64,000 bases of DNA from Malacoraja senta (Eukaryota): NCBI GenBank assembly GCA_038087875.1, contig CM075989.1, positions 14,014,001-14,078,000 on the forward strand, given 5' to 3'. Below the pieces are notes generated by a model. It did no database searches, was not told where the DNA came from, and was given only the letters and a program-made list of their open reading frames with translations. Below are positions 11,845 through 24,609 of this stretch, piece by piece (positions within the stretch are counted from its first letter, which is position 1; every line of letters starts with the position of its first letter). The translations under genes and the position numbers were made by a program.

Positions 11845-14210
11845 CATAGAATTATCCAACATGGAAGCAAAGCTCTTCAGTCCAACTTGTCGTTGATGAT
11901 CAAAGTACCTTGAGCTCGTCCCAATTTCCTTTATTTGGCCAATATTCCGTTAAATCTTTCCTATTCATGTACCTGTCCAGATGACTTTTAAACATTGTAA
12001 TTGTTTCTGCTTCAATAACTTCCTTTGACAGGTCACTCATATATATCCATGTCCCTAGGTGCGAAAAAGTTGCCCATCAGATCCTTTCTAAACCTTTCCA
12101 TTCTCGCCTTAAATCTATGCCCTAGTTTTAGACTCCCCTACCCAGGGAAAAGACTGTGATCATTCAATTTATCTATGTACCTCATGATTTCATACATCTC
12201 TGTCATACATCATTCCCCAGCCTCCTATGCTCCAGGAAACCAGGGAAAAAAAGTATCTGTTCCAGTCTCTCTCCACTCAAGCCCTCCAGTACTGGCAACA
12301 CCCTCCTGAATATTTTCTGCATCCTTTCCAGATTAATGACATCCTTCCTATAGCTGGATGACCCGAACAGCATTCCCTCAACAAATCCCAGTGACAGAGA
12401 GCTCCACCTTCCTGTCAGTCTTATGAATTTTCAGTTGGATTTGTTGGGGATTATTTTATATAATTTTTTTTCTCCTTTACAAATGGAAAACATCTCAACT
12501 TTATTCTTATTAAAATCCTTACTAACATTTTAGATCGCACCATCTTCTGTTCTCAAGAGGAAAGAATGCTCATCTTATTCTGTGTTACTGTATGGTCCCA
12601 GCTAATCTGTTTTAATCTTTGGTGGCTCCATGTGCTTCAGACCACAATCTGTGCATGACACTAAGTGTGTTCTACATTCTAATTAATGTTTGAAACACAT
12701 TTAATGTAACTTTAAAAAACATATTTCCATTAAAAATACAATATATAAAGGGCCCTACTAGAGAGGACACAGCACTGGACATCCTCATTGGGAAAGAAGT
12801 AGGGCCAGTGACTGAAGTGTCAGTGGGGAAGCACCTTGGGACCAGCTATAATGCTTTAATAATTAGTTTTAAAGTAGTTTAGGAAGAACAATAACATTTG
12901 GCCCACAAGTTAAGGTCCTAAATTGGAGTGAGGCTGAATTTGGAGACATTAGCCAGGATCTTACAGAGATCGATCAGGTGAGTCTTTGTAGGTAATGAAT
13001 GGATTGCAATTGGGGTGCTTTCAAAAGTGAGTTGGAATGAATTCAGGTACAGTGTGTTTGTGTTCGGATAAAGGACAAGGCTGGCAGGTTAAGGGAATGC
13101 TGGTTGTAAAGTGATGTTGAGGCTATGGTCATGAAAAAGGAGGTTTAGCCAGTTGGGATCAAGTGAATTCCTCTGCGAGTATACCTAAGGCCATCAGGAT
13201 GGTTAAAAGATGTCAAGAAGTGGATCTGCCAAGCAAAGTAAAGGGAAATCCAAGAGATTCTACAAGTTTGTAGAACTTGTTTCCCTAGTACAAGGGTGCC
13301 TCGGGAAAGAATAGGTCCCCTTAAAGATCAGCATGGCTGTCTTTGTGTAAAGCCACAAGAAATGGGGGATATAATTATTTCTCATCTGTTTTTATGAAGG
13401 AGTTGTGCTCTCGTGGAACATTTATGAATTAACAAAGAGGAGGTATTGGCAGTTTTAAAGTGCCTTAAGGTTGATAAATCCCCAGAGCCTGATCAAATGC
13501 ATTCTTGGACCTTGTGCATTGGAAACATCTAGACAGGTACAGAAACATTTAGACAGGTACATGGAAAGGGCAGGTTTAGAGGAATATGGGCCAAATACAG
13601 GCAGGTGAAACTAGTGTAAATAGGACATGTTGGCCAGTATGCAAGTTGGGCCGAAGGGCCTCTTTCCAAGCTGTAAGACTCTATGACTCTGACTACACTT
13701 GGAGTATTGTATACAGTTCTGGTTGCTCAGCTACAGAAAATATGTCATTAAGGTTGGAAAGGGTACAGATTAGATTTACCCGGATGTTACTTGGATTTAC
13801 AGGCTTGAGTTATGGAGAGAGGCTGCACAGGTTGGGATTATTTATTTATTTATTTATTTTTGTTGCATTGAAGGCTGAATGGTGACCTTATTGAAGTAAA
13901 ATCATGAGGGTCATAGATAAAGTGAATTTTTTCCAGGGTAGAAGATTCTAAAGGGCGTAGGATTAAGGTGAGAGGGGAAAGATTAAAAACAGACCATGGG
14001 CAACTTTTTCAATGAAGAATAAGCTGCCAGAAGCTATAGAATTGCATACAATTAGGACTTTGAAAAGCTGTTAAGCACCCACACACCCCAGATATACAGA
14101 GATAAAGAGATTAAAGGGAAATGGGCCAAAGGCAGATAAATGTAGTAGTCCAGAATGCCAGCTTTGTGGTGTGGAGAAATGTGTTTGAAGGACCTGTTTC
14201 CATGCTGTAT
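11845..14210. mobile_element. Cluster of old CR1-like LINE fragments in both orientations
   Basis: Degenerate ORF2 remnants (e.g. KVDKSPEPDQ ~13467, HLEYCIQFW ~13697) and 3' tails GGGCCGAAGGGCC...TGT. Confidence 0.7.
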
Positions 14211-14852
14211 ACAGGCCCATACGAAGCTTTCCAAAAAGGGGGGTGGTATGACAGGATTACAAAAAATGTAATATGAAATAATGTGCGCGCTGCGCACATC
14301 ACGAGCGTGAAGCGTGAAGTCCCTCGATGCCAGGGTCTAGGGAAGCTCTGGGGTTTTAGATGCTCTCTGATGCATTCTGAGCCTTATTTTGGAGCATTTC
14401 TGCACCAAATTTATGACCAATATTTCAGAAATTAAGAGGAATCTGAGGTAGCTTTTTCACACAAAGGGTGGTGGGTGTATGGAACGAGTTGCCAGAAGAG
14501 GTAGTTAAGGCTGGGACTATCCTAATGTTTAAGAGAAATTTGGACAGATTTAGATGGATATGGGCCAAACGCGTGTGAGTGGGACTAGTTTAGATGGGAC
14601 ATGTTGGTCGGTGTGGGCAAGTTGGGCTGAAGGGCCTGTTTCCACACTGCCTCATTCTATGACTAAAAAGTTAAGAAGAAAAATGCATGTAGATAAGTAG
14701 AGCAGATTTGAAAGAGGAGTGAAATGTAAAGGCAGAGAGAGGTTTATGGGTGGAAAGGAACATAGGAAAGGAGAGGGGAGAGTGGGCTTGGGCAGATGGG
14801 TGAAGAGAAAATAGACACAATGTGCTGGAGTAACTCAATGTGCTGGAGTAAC

Positions 14853-16420
14853 CCAGATAGGCTGCATCCCAGAGTACTTAAGGAAGTAGCTCCAGAAATA
14901 GTGGATGCATTAGTGATAATTTTTCAAAACTCATTAGATTCTGGAGTAGTTCCTGAGGATTGAAGGGTAGCAAATGTAACCCCACTTTTTAAGAAGGGAG
15001 GGAGAGAGAAAACGGGGAATTACAGACCAGTTAGTCTAACATCGGTAGTGGGGAAACTGCTAGAGTCAGTTATTAAAGATGGGATAGCAGCACATTTGGA
15101 AAGTGGTGAAATCATTGGACAAAGTCAGCATGGATTTACGAAAGGTAAATCATGTCTGACGAATCTTATAGAATTTTTCGAGGATGTAACTAGTAGAGTG
15201 GATAGGGGAGAACCAGTGGATGTGTTGTATCTGGACTTTCAGAAGGCTTTCGACAAGGTACCACATAAGAGATTAGGATACAAACTTAAATCACACGGTA
15301 TTGGGGGTTCAGTATTGATGTGGATAGAGAACTGGCTGGCAAACAGGAAGCAAAGAGTAGGAGTAAACGGGTCCTTTTCACAATGGCAGGCAGTGACTAG
15401 TGGGGTACCGCAAGGCTCAGTGCTGGGACCCCAGCTATTTACAATTTATATTAATGACCTGGATGAGGGAATTGAAAGCAACATCTCCAAGTTTGCGGAT
15501 GACACTAAGCTGGGGGGCAGTGTTAGCTGTGAGGAGGATGCTAGGAGACTGCAAGGTGACTTGGATAGGCTGGGTGATTGGGCAAATGTTTGGCAGATGC
15601 AGTATAATGTGGATAAATGTGAGGTTATCCACTTTGGTGGCAAAAACGGGAAGGCAGACTATTATCTAAATGGTGGCCGATTAGGAAATGGGGAGATGCA
15701 GCGAGACCTGGGTGTCATGGTACACCAGTCATTGAAAGTAGGCATGCAGGTGCAGCAGGCAGTGAAGAAAGCGAATGGTATGTTGGCCTTCATAGCAAGA
15801 GGATTTGAGTATAGGAGCAGGGAGGTTCTACTGCAGTTGTACAGGGTCTTGGTGAGACCACACCTGGAGTATTGTGTACAGTTTTGGTCTCCAAATCTGA
15901 GGAAGGACATTATAGCCATAGAGGGAGTGCAGAGAAGGTTCACCAGACTGATTCCTGGGATGTCAGGACTTTCATATGAAGAAAGACTGAATAGACTTGG
16001 CTTATACTCGCTAGAATTTAGGAGATTGAGAGGGGATCTTATAGAAACGTACAAAATTCTTATGGGATTGGACAGGCTAGATGCAGGAAGATTGTTCCCG
16101 ATGTTGGGGAAGTCCAGGACAAGGGGTCACAGCTTAAGGATAAGGGGGAAATCCTTTAAGACCGAGACGAGGAAAAACTTTTTCACACAGAGAGTGGTGA
16201 ATCTCTGGAACTCTCTGCCACAGAGGGTAGTTGAGGCCAGTTCATTGGCTATATTTAAGAGGGAGTTAGATGTGGCCCTTGTGGCTAAGGGGATCAGGGG
16301 GTATGGAGAGAAGGCAGGTACGGGATACTGAGTTGGATGATCAGCCATGATCATATTGAATGGCGGTGCAGGCTCGAAGGGCCGAATGGCCTACTCCTGC
16401 ACCTATTTTCTATGTATCTA
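14853..16420 (+). mobile_element. Young CR1-clade LINE, 5'-truncated, RT domain open from 15048 to 16331
   Basis: 427-aa ORF with canonical CR1 RT motifs; upstream TGA at 14961 replaces the W of PEDWR. Inserted into a Penelope-tail-like element (TGCTGGAGTAACTCA...GGGTCAGGCAGCATCT). Confidence 0.97.
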
Positions 16421-16809
16421 TTTTCTAATGGGTCAGGCAGCATCTGTGGAGAATATGAATAGGCGATGTTTCACAGAATGCTGGAGTAACTCAGCGGGTC
16501 AGGCAGCATCTCTGGAGAACATGGATAGATGACATGTCACAGGGTGCTGGAATAACTCAGTGAGTCAGGCAGCATCTCTGGAGAAAAGGTATAGATTATA
16601 TTTCGGGTCAAGACCCTTCTTCAGTAATATTCATGATGTGACATGCATAGACATTCCTGAATGTTACCCAAACCATCGTGAGCTACTTTGTTACGGTGCT
16701 TGCCCTCTCCTATAACGTATCTGCTGCCTTGGGTGAAGCAGGACAGGACACAAGCTTTGGGACACGGTGTGAAGCTGTTGCCGTCTGTCCCAGCCTGGTA
16801 AAAACCTGG

Positions 16810-18040
16810 ATGGAGTGGATGTGGGGAGGATGTTTCCACTAGTGGGAGAGTACAGGACCAGTGGCCACAGCTTCGGAATTAAAAGACATTCCTTTAGGAA
16901 GGAGATGGGCAGGAATTTCTTAAGTCAGAGGGTGGTGAACTGTGGAATTCATTGCCACAGACAGCTGTGGAGGTCAAGTCAATGGACATTTTTCAGGAGG
17001 TGATAGATAGATTCTTGATTGATACGGGTGTTAGAGGTAATGGGGAGAAGGCAGGAGAATGGGTTTGAGAGGGAAAGATAGATAGAGTCATAGAGTGATA
17101 CAGTGTGGAAACAGGCCCTTTGGCCCAGCATGTCCCATCTGCACTAGTCCCACCTGCCCACGTTTGATCCATATCCCTCCGAACCTGTCCTATCCATGTA
17201 CCTGTCTAACTGTTTCTTAAATGTTGCGATAGTCCCCCACCTCGACTACCTCCTCTGGCAGCTTGTTCCATACACCTATCACCCTTTGTGTGAAAAACAT
17301 ACCCCTCAGATTCCTATTAAATCTTTTGCCCTTCACCTTAAACTTATGTCCTCTGTTCCTCGATTCACCTACTCTGGGCAAAAGACTCAACCGTATCTAT
17401 TCAAATCATGATTTTATACACCTCTATTAGATCATCCCTCATCCTCCTGTGTTCCATGAAATAAAGTCCCAGCCTACACAACCTCTCCCTATAGCTGTGG
17501 CCCTCTAGTCCTGGCAACATCCTTGTAAATCTTCACTGTACCCTTTCCAGTTTGATGACATCTTTCCTATAACATGGTGCCCAGAACTGAATACAATACT
17601 CTGAATGCAGCCTCACCACCTTCTTATGCAACTGCAACATGACCTCCCAACCTTTATACTCAGCCTGACCCGCTGAGTTACTCCAGCACTCTGTGAAACG
17701 TCACAGAACAGGGCAAGATTAGCAAGTTTGCTGATGATACAGAAGTGAGTGGTTTTGCAAATAGTGAAGATGGTTGTGAAAGATTGCAGCAGGATCTGGA
17801 TCAATTAGCCAGGTGGGCAGAGGAATGGTTGATGGTTGCATGGTTCCTTGAAGGTCGTGTCGCAGGTATATCAGGTGGTCAAAATGTATTTTGGCACTTT
17901 GGCCTTCATCAGTCAGAGTATTGAGTATAGGAGGTCATGTTGCAGTTGTATAAGACATTGGTGAGACCGCATTTAGAATATTGTGTTCAGTTCTGGGCAC
18001 CATGTTATAGGAAAGATGTCAAACTGAAAAGAGTACAGAG
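16810..18040. mobile_element. Mixed CR1-like fragments
   Basis: CR1 3' remnants on + (16810-17085, 17705-18040: [13 protein letters not shown]) and on - (17085-17660). Confidence 0.7.
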
Positions 18041-19875
18041 ATTCCCATCCTGGATCAGTCCAATCAGGGTTGTGTCACCTGCAAACTTGAGAAGCTTGAC
18101 AGAGGTGTCTGTGGAGGTGCAGTCATTGGTGTGGCGAGAGTAGAGGAGAGGGGAGAGTACGCATCTTGCGGTGCTCCTATGCTGAGCGTTTGCGGGTCCG
18201 AGATATGCTTTCCCGTCTCACATGCTGCTTCCTGTCTGTCAGAAAGCTGGTGATCCACCGACAGACGGGTTCAGGCACAGTCAACTCAGAAAGTTCGGAG
18301 CGTAGTAGATAGATAGATAGATATTTATTTGTTGTCATTTGAACCTAAGTTCAAACGAAATTTGGTTTCTGCAGTCATACAAACAAGTAAAAAGAACCAA
18401 GACACAACACAATTTACACAAACATCCATCACAGTGAATCTCCTCCTCACTGTGATGGAAGGCAAAGTCTTATCTCTCCCCTGCACTCCACATTCTCCTC
18501 CCGATGTCAAAGTCAAAGCCCCCGGCGGGCGATTGTAGATATGTCCCGTGGCCATTAAAGCTGCGCCAGGCGATGCAAGGCCACGCTCCGGGTCTTGATG
18601 TTGTAGCCCCCGGTAGCGCCAGCAAGTCCCACGGCCACCAATGCCGCGCCGGGCGATGTCAGACCCCGCTCCAGGTCATCTTCAACCTCGCAACTCAGGC
18701 GGGAGTAGCTGCCGTTGCGGGAGCCCCGAAAAGCGGTCTCCCACCATGGACCCGCGAGCTCCCGATGTTACCGTCCACCAGACCTGCGGCTGAAACCTCC
18801 GAATCTCCGGGGTCGGGTAGCAGCAGCGCGCCACCACAGCTCCTCCTGCTCCGAACTCGGCCAGCTCCACGATGGTGAGTAGTCCGCAGGCTCCGCGACT
18901 GGAGCACCAGGTCGTTCCGGTTGGAGGCCGCTCCACGGTGCTAGGCCCCAACGACAACGGAGACCCGACAGAGAAAGGTCGGGTCTCCCATGCAGGGAAA
19001 AGATTTTAAAGGTTTCCCCACCCCCTGCCCCCCCACACATACCCAGTCAAAAAAAAAAAAAAACTCTGTACGAAACTCAAACGAAAAAAATAAAATAAAA
19101 AAGACAGACGGACTGCAGAGGCCGCTGCAACATGAGTCGCGCCGCCCACCCACGACTGGTAGCTCTGGCACAATGGTGTTGAATGCAGAGCTAAAATCAA
19201 CAAACGAAATCCTCGCTTAGGTCCCATGGTGGTCTAGGTGCTGGAGGATGAAGTGCAGGCCCAGATTGACTACGTCATCCACAGATCTATTGGCCCAATA
19301 TGCAAAATGCAGAGGGTCCAGCAGAGGGATTGTGATATTTTTCAGCTTGGCCAGCACAAGCCTTTCAACAGTCTTCATGACTACAGAGGTCAGTGTGACA
19401 AGCCTGTAGTCATTAAGACCAGTAATCCTTACCTTTTTGGGTACAGGGACAATAGTGGAGACTTTGAAGCAGGCAGCGACAGTACATCTTTGCAGGGACT
19501 GGTTAAAAATGAGTAATTGGGTGTGAAGTGTTGGTTGGGGTGGGAAAGGGTCCACTCTTTTCATACTGGAGTCTTGCCTTAAGTAGGAGTGAAGTGGTGA
19601 ATGGGAAGGAGAGGGTGCAGGGTCCATTCTTTGCAGACTGGGGTCTGGCTGTGTTTGTTGGGGAGGGTTACGTTTCTGATTTTCAAACATGCCGTAAAAC
19701 TCATTCAGATTGTTCGTCAGCTGACGATTGTCCTAAGAGCGGGGGGCTTTCCTCTTATAGCTGGTGATTTCTTGCATGCCCTTTAAACTGAAGAAGAGTC
19801 ACTAGCTGAGAACTTGCTCCTCAACTTCTCAGAGTACCTTTCCTTGGCAGCTCTGATTCCTCTTCTCAGCTCTTT
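18040..19875 (-). mobile_element. Rex1/Babar-like LINE RT fragments, split by the 18306-19146 insertion
   Basis: ORF 19217-19690 has [30 protein letters not shown]; 18064-18258 has LSIGAPQ. The pieces flank the GC-rich element. Confidence 0.8.
18306..19146 (-). mobile_element. Non-autonomous GC-rich retroelement with a Rex-like 3' tail
   Basis: Minus-strand tail ATTTCGTTTGAACTTAGGTTCAAATGACAACAAATAAATA followed by (TCTA)n. Body similar to 28774-29455. Head GGCGGCGCGACTCATGTTGCAGCGGCCTCTGCAGTCCG. Confidence 0.75.
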
Positions 19876-19879
19876 ATCG

Positions 19880-20966
19880 ATTAGGCTATCGGCTTGACGC
19901 ATATTTGCCCCCACCCCCCCCTCCCCCGATCTCGAAATGGTAATGTCACATCTGTAATAATGATCCCATTAAAATGTATATTAATGTCACAAACTATGGA
20001 ATTCATATTTTTCAGTATTGTTATCAAGGAAAAGAAAGCAGTTCCAATTGTTTGATATTATTTGATATTGTTTAAAATTATTCATATGAAGGAGAAAATA
20101 TAATAGCTCTAAAACCTACCTTAATTTTGCAATCTCACTAAAGATAATCCCCATTTCCCTCTTCCCTCCCCCATCTCTCTCTCCCCTCCCTTCCCCTCTC
20201 TCTCTGTCCCTCCCACACCCCCCCTCTTTCTGGCGGGGGGGGCGAAGATGAAGGTGGCGCGGGCCCAGCAGGGGCCCAGCGGGCGGGGGGCAATGAAGGT
20301 GTGGCCCAGCGGGGGTGGCGTGGGCCCAGCGGGGGTGGCGTGGGCCCAGTGGGGGTCAGCGGGGGTGGTGTGGGGGGAAGATGGCTTGGGCCCCGGCGGC
20401 GAGGGGAGCGGGCCCCGCCGCAGCGGCGTCTGGTGTTGGGGTTACACCCGCTGGGTTCAGATTCAGCCACTCCCGCCCGGCGACGGGAGAACGGTCTCCT
20501 GGTCGCCCGGCTGGCCATTGGTGAGGCTCTGACACGATGGAGACGCTGGACCGGGCGGGCAGACACCGTACCCCCCCGGGCCCCCCTCATGGGTAGTTTG
20601 AACCGAGGATAAAAAACAGACTCCCCCTCCTGCAACGCAATATACTTACTTACCTGGAGTAGACGACACGAGGCATCGAGCTCAATGTGTGGAGTGCAAA
20701 TGGCAGTCTGATCCCGCCCGGGCCCACTGCGCACGTGCGGAGAGACGCCGTCATTTTGCGTCGCTTCCCCAACTGCGCAGGCGCGGATGGTTGCTTTTTT
20801 TCTCCCAAATCATCCAGCGGCCGGAACCAGAATTTCGGGCGCTTTCCCGACTAAGTGTAAATGCCGATTTTTTTCCCGATTTTTCCCCCCGGGATTTTTT
20901 CTTACTCTGGGGGGAAAAAGGAGGGTGCAGTCGCACCCAATGCACCCCCCCATTCGGACGGCCATG
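19880..20966. mobile_element. Putative DNA-transposon-derived (hAT-like) fragment with a GC-rich minisatellite
   Basis: Right end GGGTGCAGTCGCACCC...GGACGGCCATG; ~20-bp unit GTGGCGTGGGCCCAGCGGGG repeated at ~20255-20370. No matching left terminus found. Confidence 0.35.
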
Positions 20967-22809
20967 GTATAGCTCTAACTCTCTGACTACTTTGCAAAAG
21001 AGCTCTGTTCAATCTGCAAGAGTGCCCTTGAACTTCCAGTTTCCTATCAGTTTAATTGTCTGTTCCTTTGTCCCCTCTGTCCACTGTCGTTGACCACTCA
21101 CCAATTCCAACACCACCCAGTGAAAGTTTTAAGAGTTGCACCTCCTCTCAAGATGCATGTGGGATGACTTTTTTTTACCTTCACTTTGTTGTTGATCAGT
21201 TAGCTGTTATTTAGTTAAAGGTGCACTTTAAATATGATTTCATACTGGGGCATTTTAGAATCAACCTGTAGTTGGGATAATGGACTTGTGGGATGACTTG
21301 TTCTCCAGCTACTTTTTTAAATGGACATGCTGATCACTCACAAATTACCATATTTTAAAAATTCACTTTCACAACTTGTCTTGATGCTGTGGTCGTGTTT
21401 CAATACCAAAATCTTTTGTCTATTGTTTCCAAGCAGTGGCCAAATAGTAAGGGGCAGAGTGATGATAATGAAATAAAGATAAAGAGCAACATCCAAGATT
21501 GCTTGCTAACAAATCACTTTGAATCTACAAAATTAACCAGGCGGAAACATTTTGGAAATGAGAGCTAAACTTATAAGCATAGTATGCGGAAGAGCTGGAA
21601 GTTTTGTTAACTTTCTCAGGAGATAAAATAAATCAGTTGGCAGAATCTGTGGCTAGGAATGCGAAATTGGTAGTAAGATGCATGGTTTCCACTGACTTCC
21701 TTATCCCTCTGTTATTTGCTATGGAATCTTTGGTGCCTAGCAACAGTAATGTTTTTAGTAAGGCTGAACAACTATTCATATTGAAAAATTAACACAAAGC
21801 AAACCAGGAAGCTGAAGTGCATACTTCTGGAAAGTTAACCCGAAAACCTTTTATATTGAAAAGCATTGCCATGAAAGGAATTACTATGCATTGCCATACA
21901 TTTTAGTTTGTTTAGGGCCAAATAGTTTATTTGCCAGCAACAATTACTCTTTTTTTTACTGCCAACTTTGGAGGTTATTTGAATTTTTGTCAGCATTCAG
22001 ATGATCACCACGAGTCTCATTCTCTTACTTATTTCCCTGTAAACTCTTCGCTTGCGTGTCTAATAACTCTCCCAAAACTTCTGCCACCAATTTACAATGG
22101 GGAGAATTTACAGTTGCTCACTAAGTTATTGACACATCTTTGGGATGTGGGAGTTAAATTTCAGTACATGTAGGAAACTCACAAGTTGACAGAGAGATTA
22201 TACAACTACACAAGACCAAGATTGAACCCGGATTGGAGCTGTTTGGCAGCAGTACTAACTGCTGTGCTTCTGTGACGTAGTAACTCTATGGAAAAATACT
22301 TTGATATTTGGTAGTCAAATCATTTCCTGTAATTCTTTTGGAGAAAACTGTAAACAGATCAGCCAATAGTGAGAGGTTAGTAAAGTACTATAAATAACAA
22401 ACCAAAATACCTCCACTGTGGTTTTAGAGGAGATATTTATACAGAATGGAATGAAGAATAACTTGTTAAACTTTGAGACAGCCTTGCTCCACCTATCACG
22501 CTGATGCCCAAAATTATATCGTGCATGATATTTTTCATAGACTGAATTTATACTCTGAAGATTATACCCTCAAGAACGTGATTACCTGAAATCTTCAATA
22601 CTGCACTTTTATTTTGGTTGAAACAAATTGTTCCAAGGTTCTTGGGTTATGGTCATACAGAACAGAAATTGCTCCTTTGGCCTTGATTGGGTCACTTCAG
22701 CAAAACATCACCCATCCTTTATCTCCAGAGATGCTGCCTGACCCGCTGAGTTATGCAAGCACTTTGTGTCTATCTTTGGTATAAACCAGCATCTACAATT
22801 CTTGTTTCT

Positions 22810-24335
22810 ACATTTTGTTTGCATCACTGCGAAATCTCCTTGACGTATGCCTATTTTGAAGAAGCTCTCTTCCTCTCTCTGACGGTTCTGCAAGACCCTT
22901 TCTCATTGCTCCCACTCTGTGATTCCCACTGCTGTCCAGCTCTATGACCATGCTTTAACCCGGACTCACTACCATAGCCACTTGTGTTTCCTCGGCACTT
23001 GCCTGCTCCTCCATCTTGTACCAGGTGACGTCCAACTCTGGTTCCAGATCTCCCAGTTTGGACCCAATCCGGATTTCGGATACTAACAGTCAATCCATTG
23101 CTTCTCACAACAGTTCTTCTTACGTGCCCTGCGTTCTACATTGGCCGCCATGTGCCAGCACTAGCAGGCCCTTGCTTTGACTTTCCCGCAGTGCCAGGCC
23201 TCATTCACACAAACTTGCAAAGGACCCCAACTTTACTTCATTCCACACCAGATCCATACCTTCAATAAACACTACCTTGCCTACCTGGACCCTACTAAGG
23301 ATCACAAACTTGCCCGCCTCCTGACCAGGCCCTCCACTCTCACTCCTCGACTCAACCACCCGCAGTCCTGGGGTTCACCAATGGATCGGGTTGCCCGCCC
23401 AGGGCCACCGGAGCTTCTACCGCCGACAATCCTCACTGCCTCCCCAGCCGATCCAGTCTGAGACCATCGAAACTGATGCCGTTGCCGACCCTCACTGCTT
23501 CCCTGAGCGATCCCAGGTTGGAGCCACTTAATCCACCACCAACCCTCAGCCGATACTTGGCTCTCTCCAGCTCACCAGCAGTCCAGAGCTGTCGACTCAG
23601 CTGAGTTGCAGGCTCAGTTCCAGGCCAAGAGCCTCCACGCTGCTGTTCTCAACATCATGTGGTCTGACTCCTGCTGGATATCCTATGTCCTACTGCTCCC
23701 CCCCTTCTCCAACAGGTAGCCTTGATAATGGTGCAAAGGGGTCCTGCTGCCCTTCGTCCTCTTTCAACCACGTCACCCCTACCACCCCTCACCCGTATAC
23801 CACTCCTCACATCCTCCTCCTCCTCCTCTCTGAACTCCTATCATCACCCCATTATACTTCACCCAAGCCTCCTGCCACACCTTTACCCCCCTCTGATCCC
23901 AGCCCTCACCCCTGTCGTGTTTTCACTATCCCCCCTGACCTTTTCCAATACAGAATGGTCTGTCTTCAACAGAGGCTTTACCTTTGTACCCCTCAATCCC
24001 CACCTCAACGAGTTCAGCGTTCGCCATGATGTAAAGCTTTTCTTCCATTGTCTCCGTCTCCATGCCTTTTTTTTAATGGGAAGCAGTCCTCACCGCCCAG
24101 TGCTAACTCCTACTCCTATATCCAACATTCCTCCTCTTTTTGGACTCCCCGGGATGACCATCTACCTTCTCTGGAGTGTTTTATCTCTAACTACCAGTCA
24201 GAAGAAGGGTCCCAACTTGAAACGTCACCTATGTTTGTTTTCTCCAAAGATGCTACCTGACTCGCTGAGTTATGCCAGCACTTTATGTTTATTTTTGGTA
24301 TAAACGAGCATCTGCAGTTCTTTGTTTCTACATTC
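22810..24335 (+). mobile_element. Penelope-like element N-terminal region remnant
   Basis: VFTIPPD...NRGFTFVPLNPHLNEFSVRHDVKLFF..LRLHAFF at ~23915-24075, followed by the PLE-type tail (GAAGAAGGGTCC...GAAACGTC...GATGCT). Confidence 0.7.
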
Positions 24336-24609
24336 TTCAGCCTCCTTTGTTTCAGGAAAACAAACCCAACATACCCTAGCTCTTCTTATAACTAAGGTTT
24401 AGTCATTAATCTGGCCATAATGCTCTGGTATTGGCTTCACTGAAAATTTTCAGGACCCGAGAAACCTGCTCATCAGCATTAATTTCATAAAATAGTGGTA
24501 TAATACACTCTAGTTATTATAAAGTTAGTTGCTTGTATCAACACGTCAATCACTGTGCATTGTTAGGAAACCCATTGGCTCTCAGGATTAGCATCAATAT
24601 CCTTAAATG

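Noticed and set aside
15048..16331. 427-aa ORF as a host gene
   Set aside because: It is CR1 ORF2 RT, 5'-truncated, with an upstream stop and near-identical copies elsewhere in the window.
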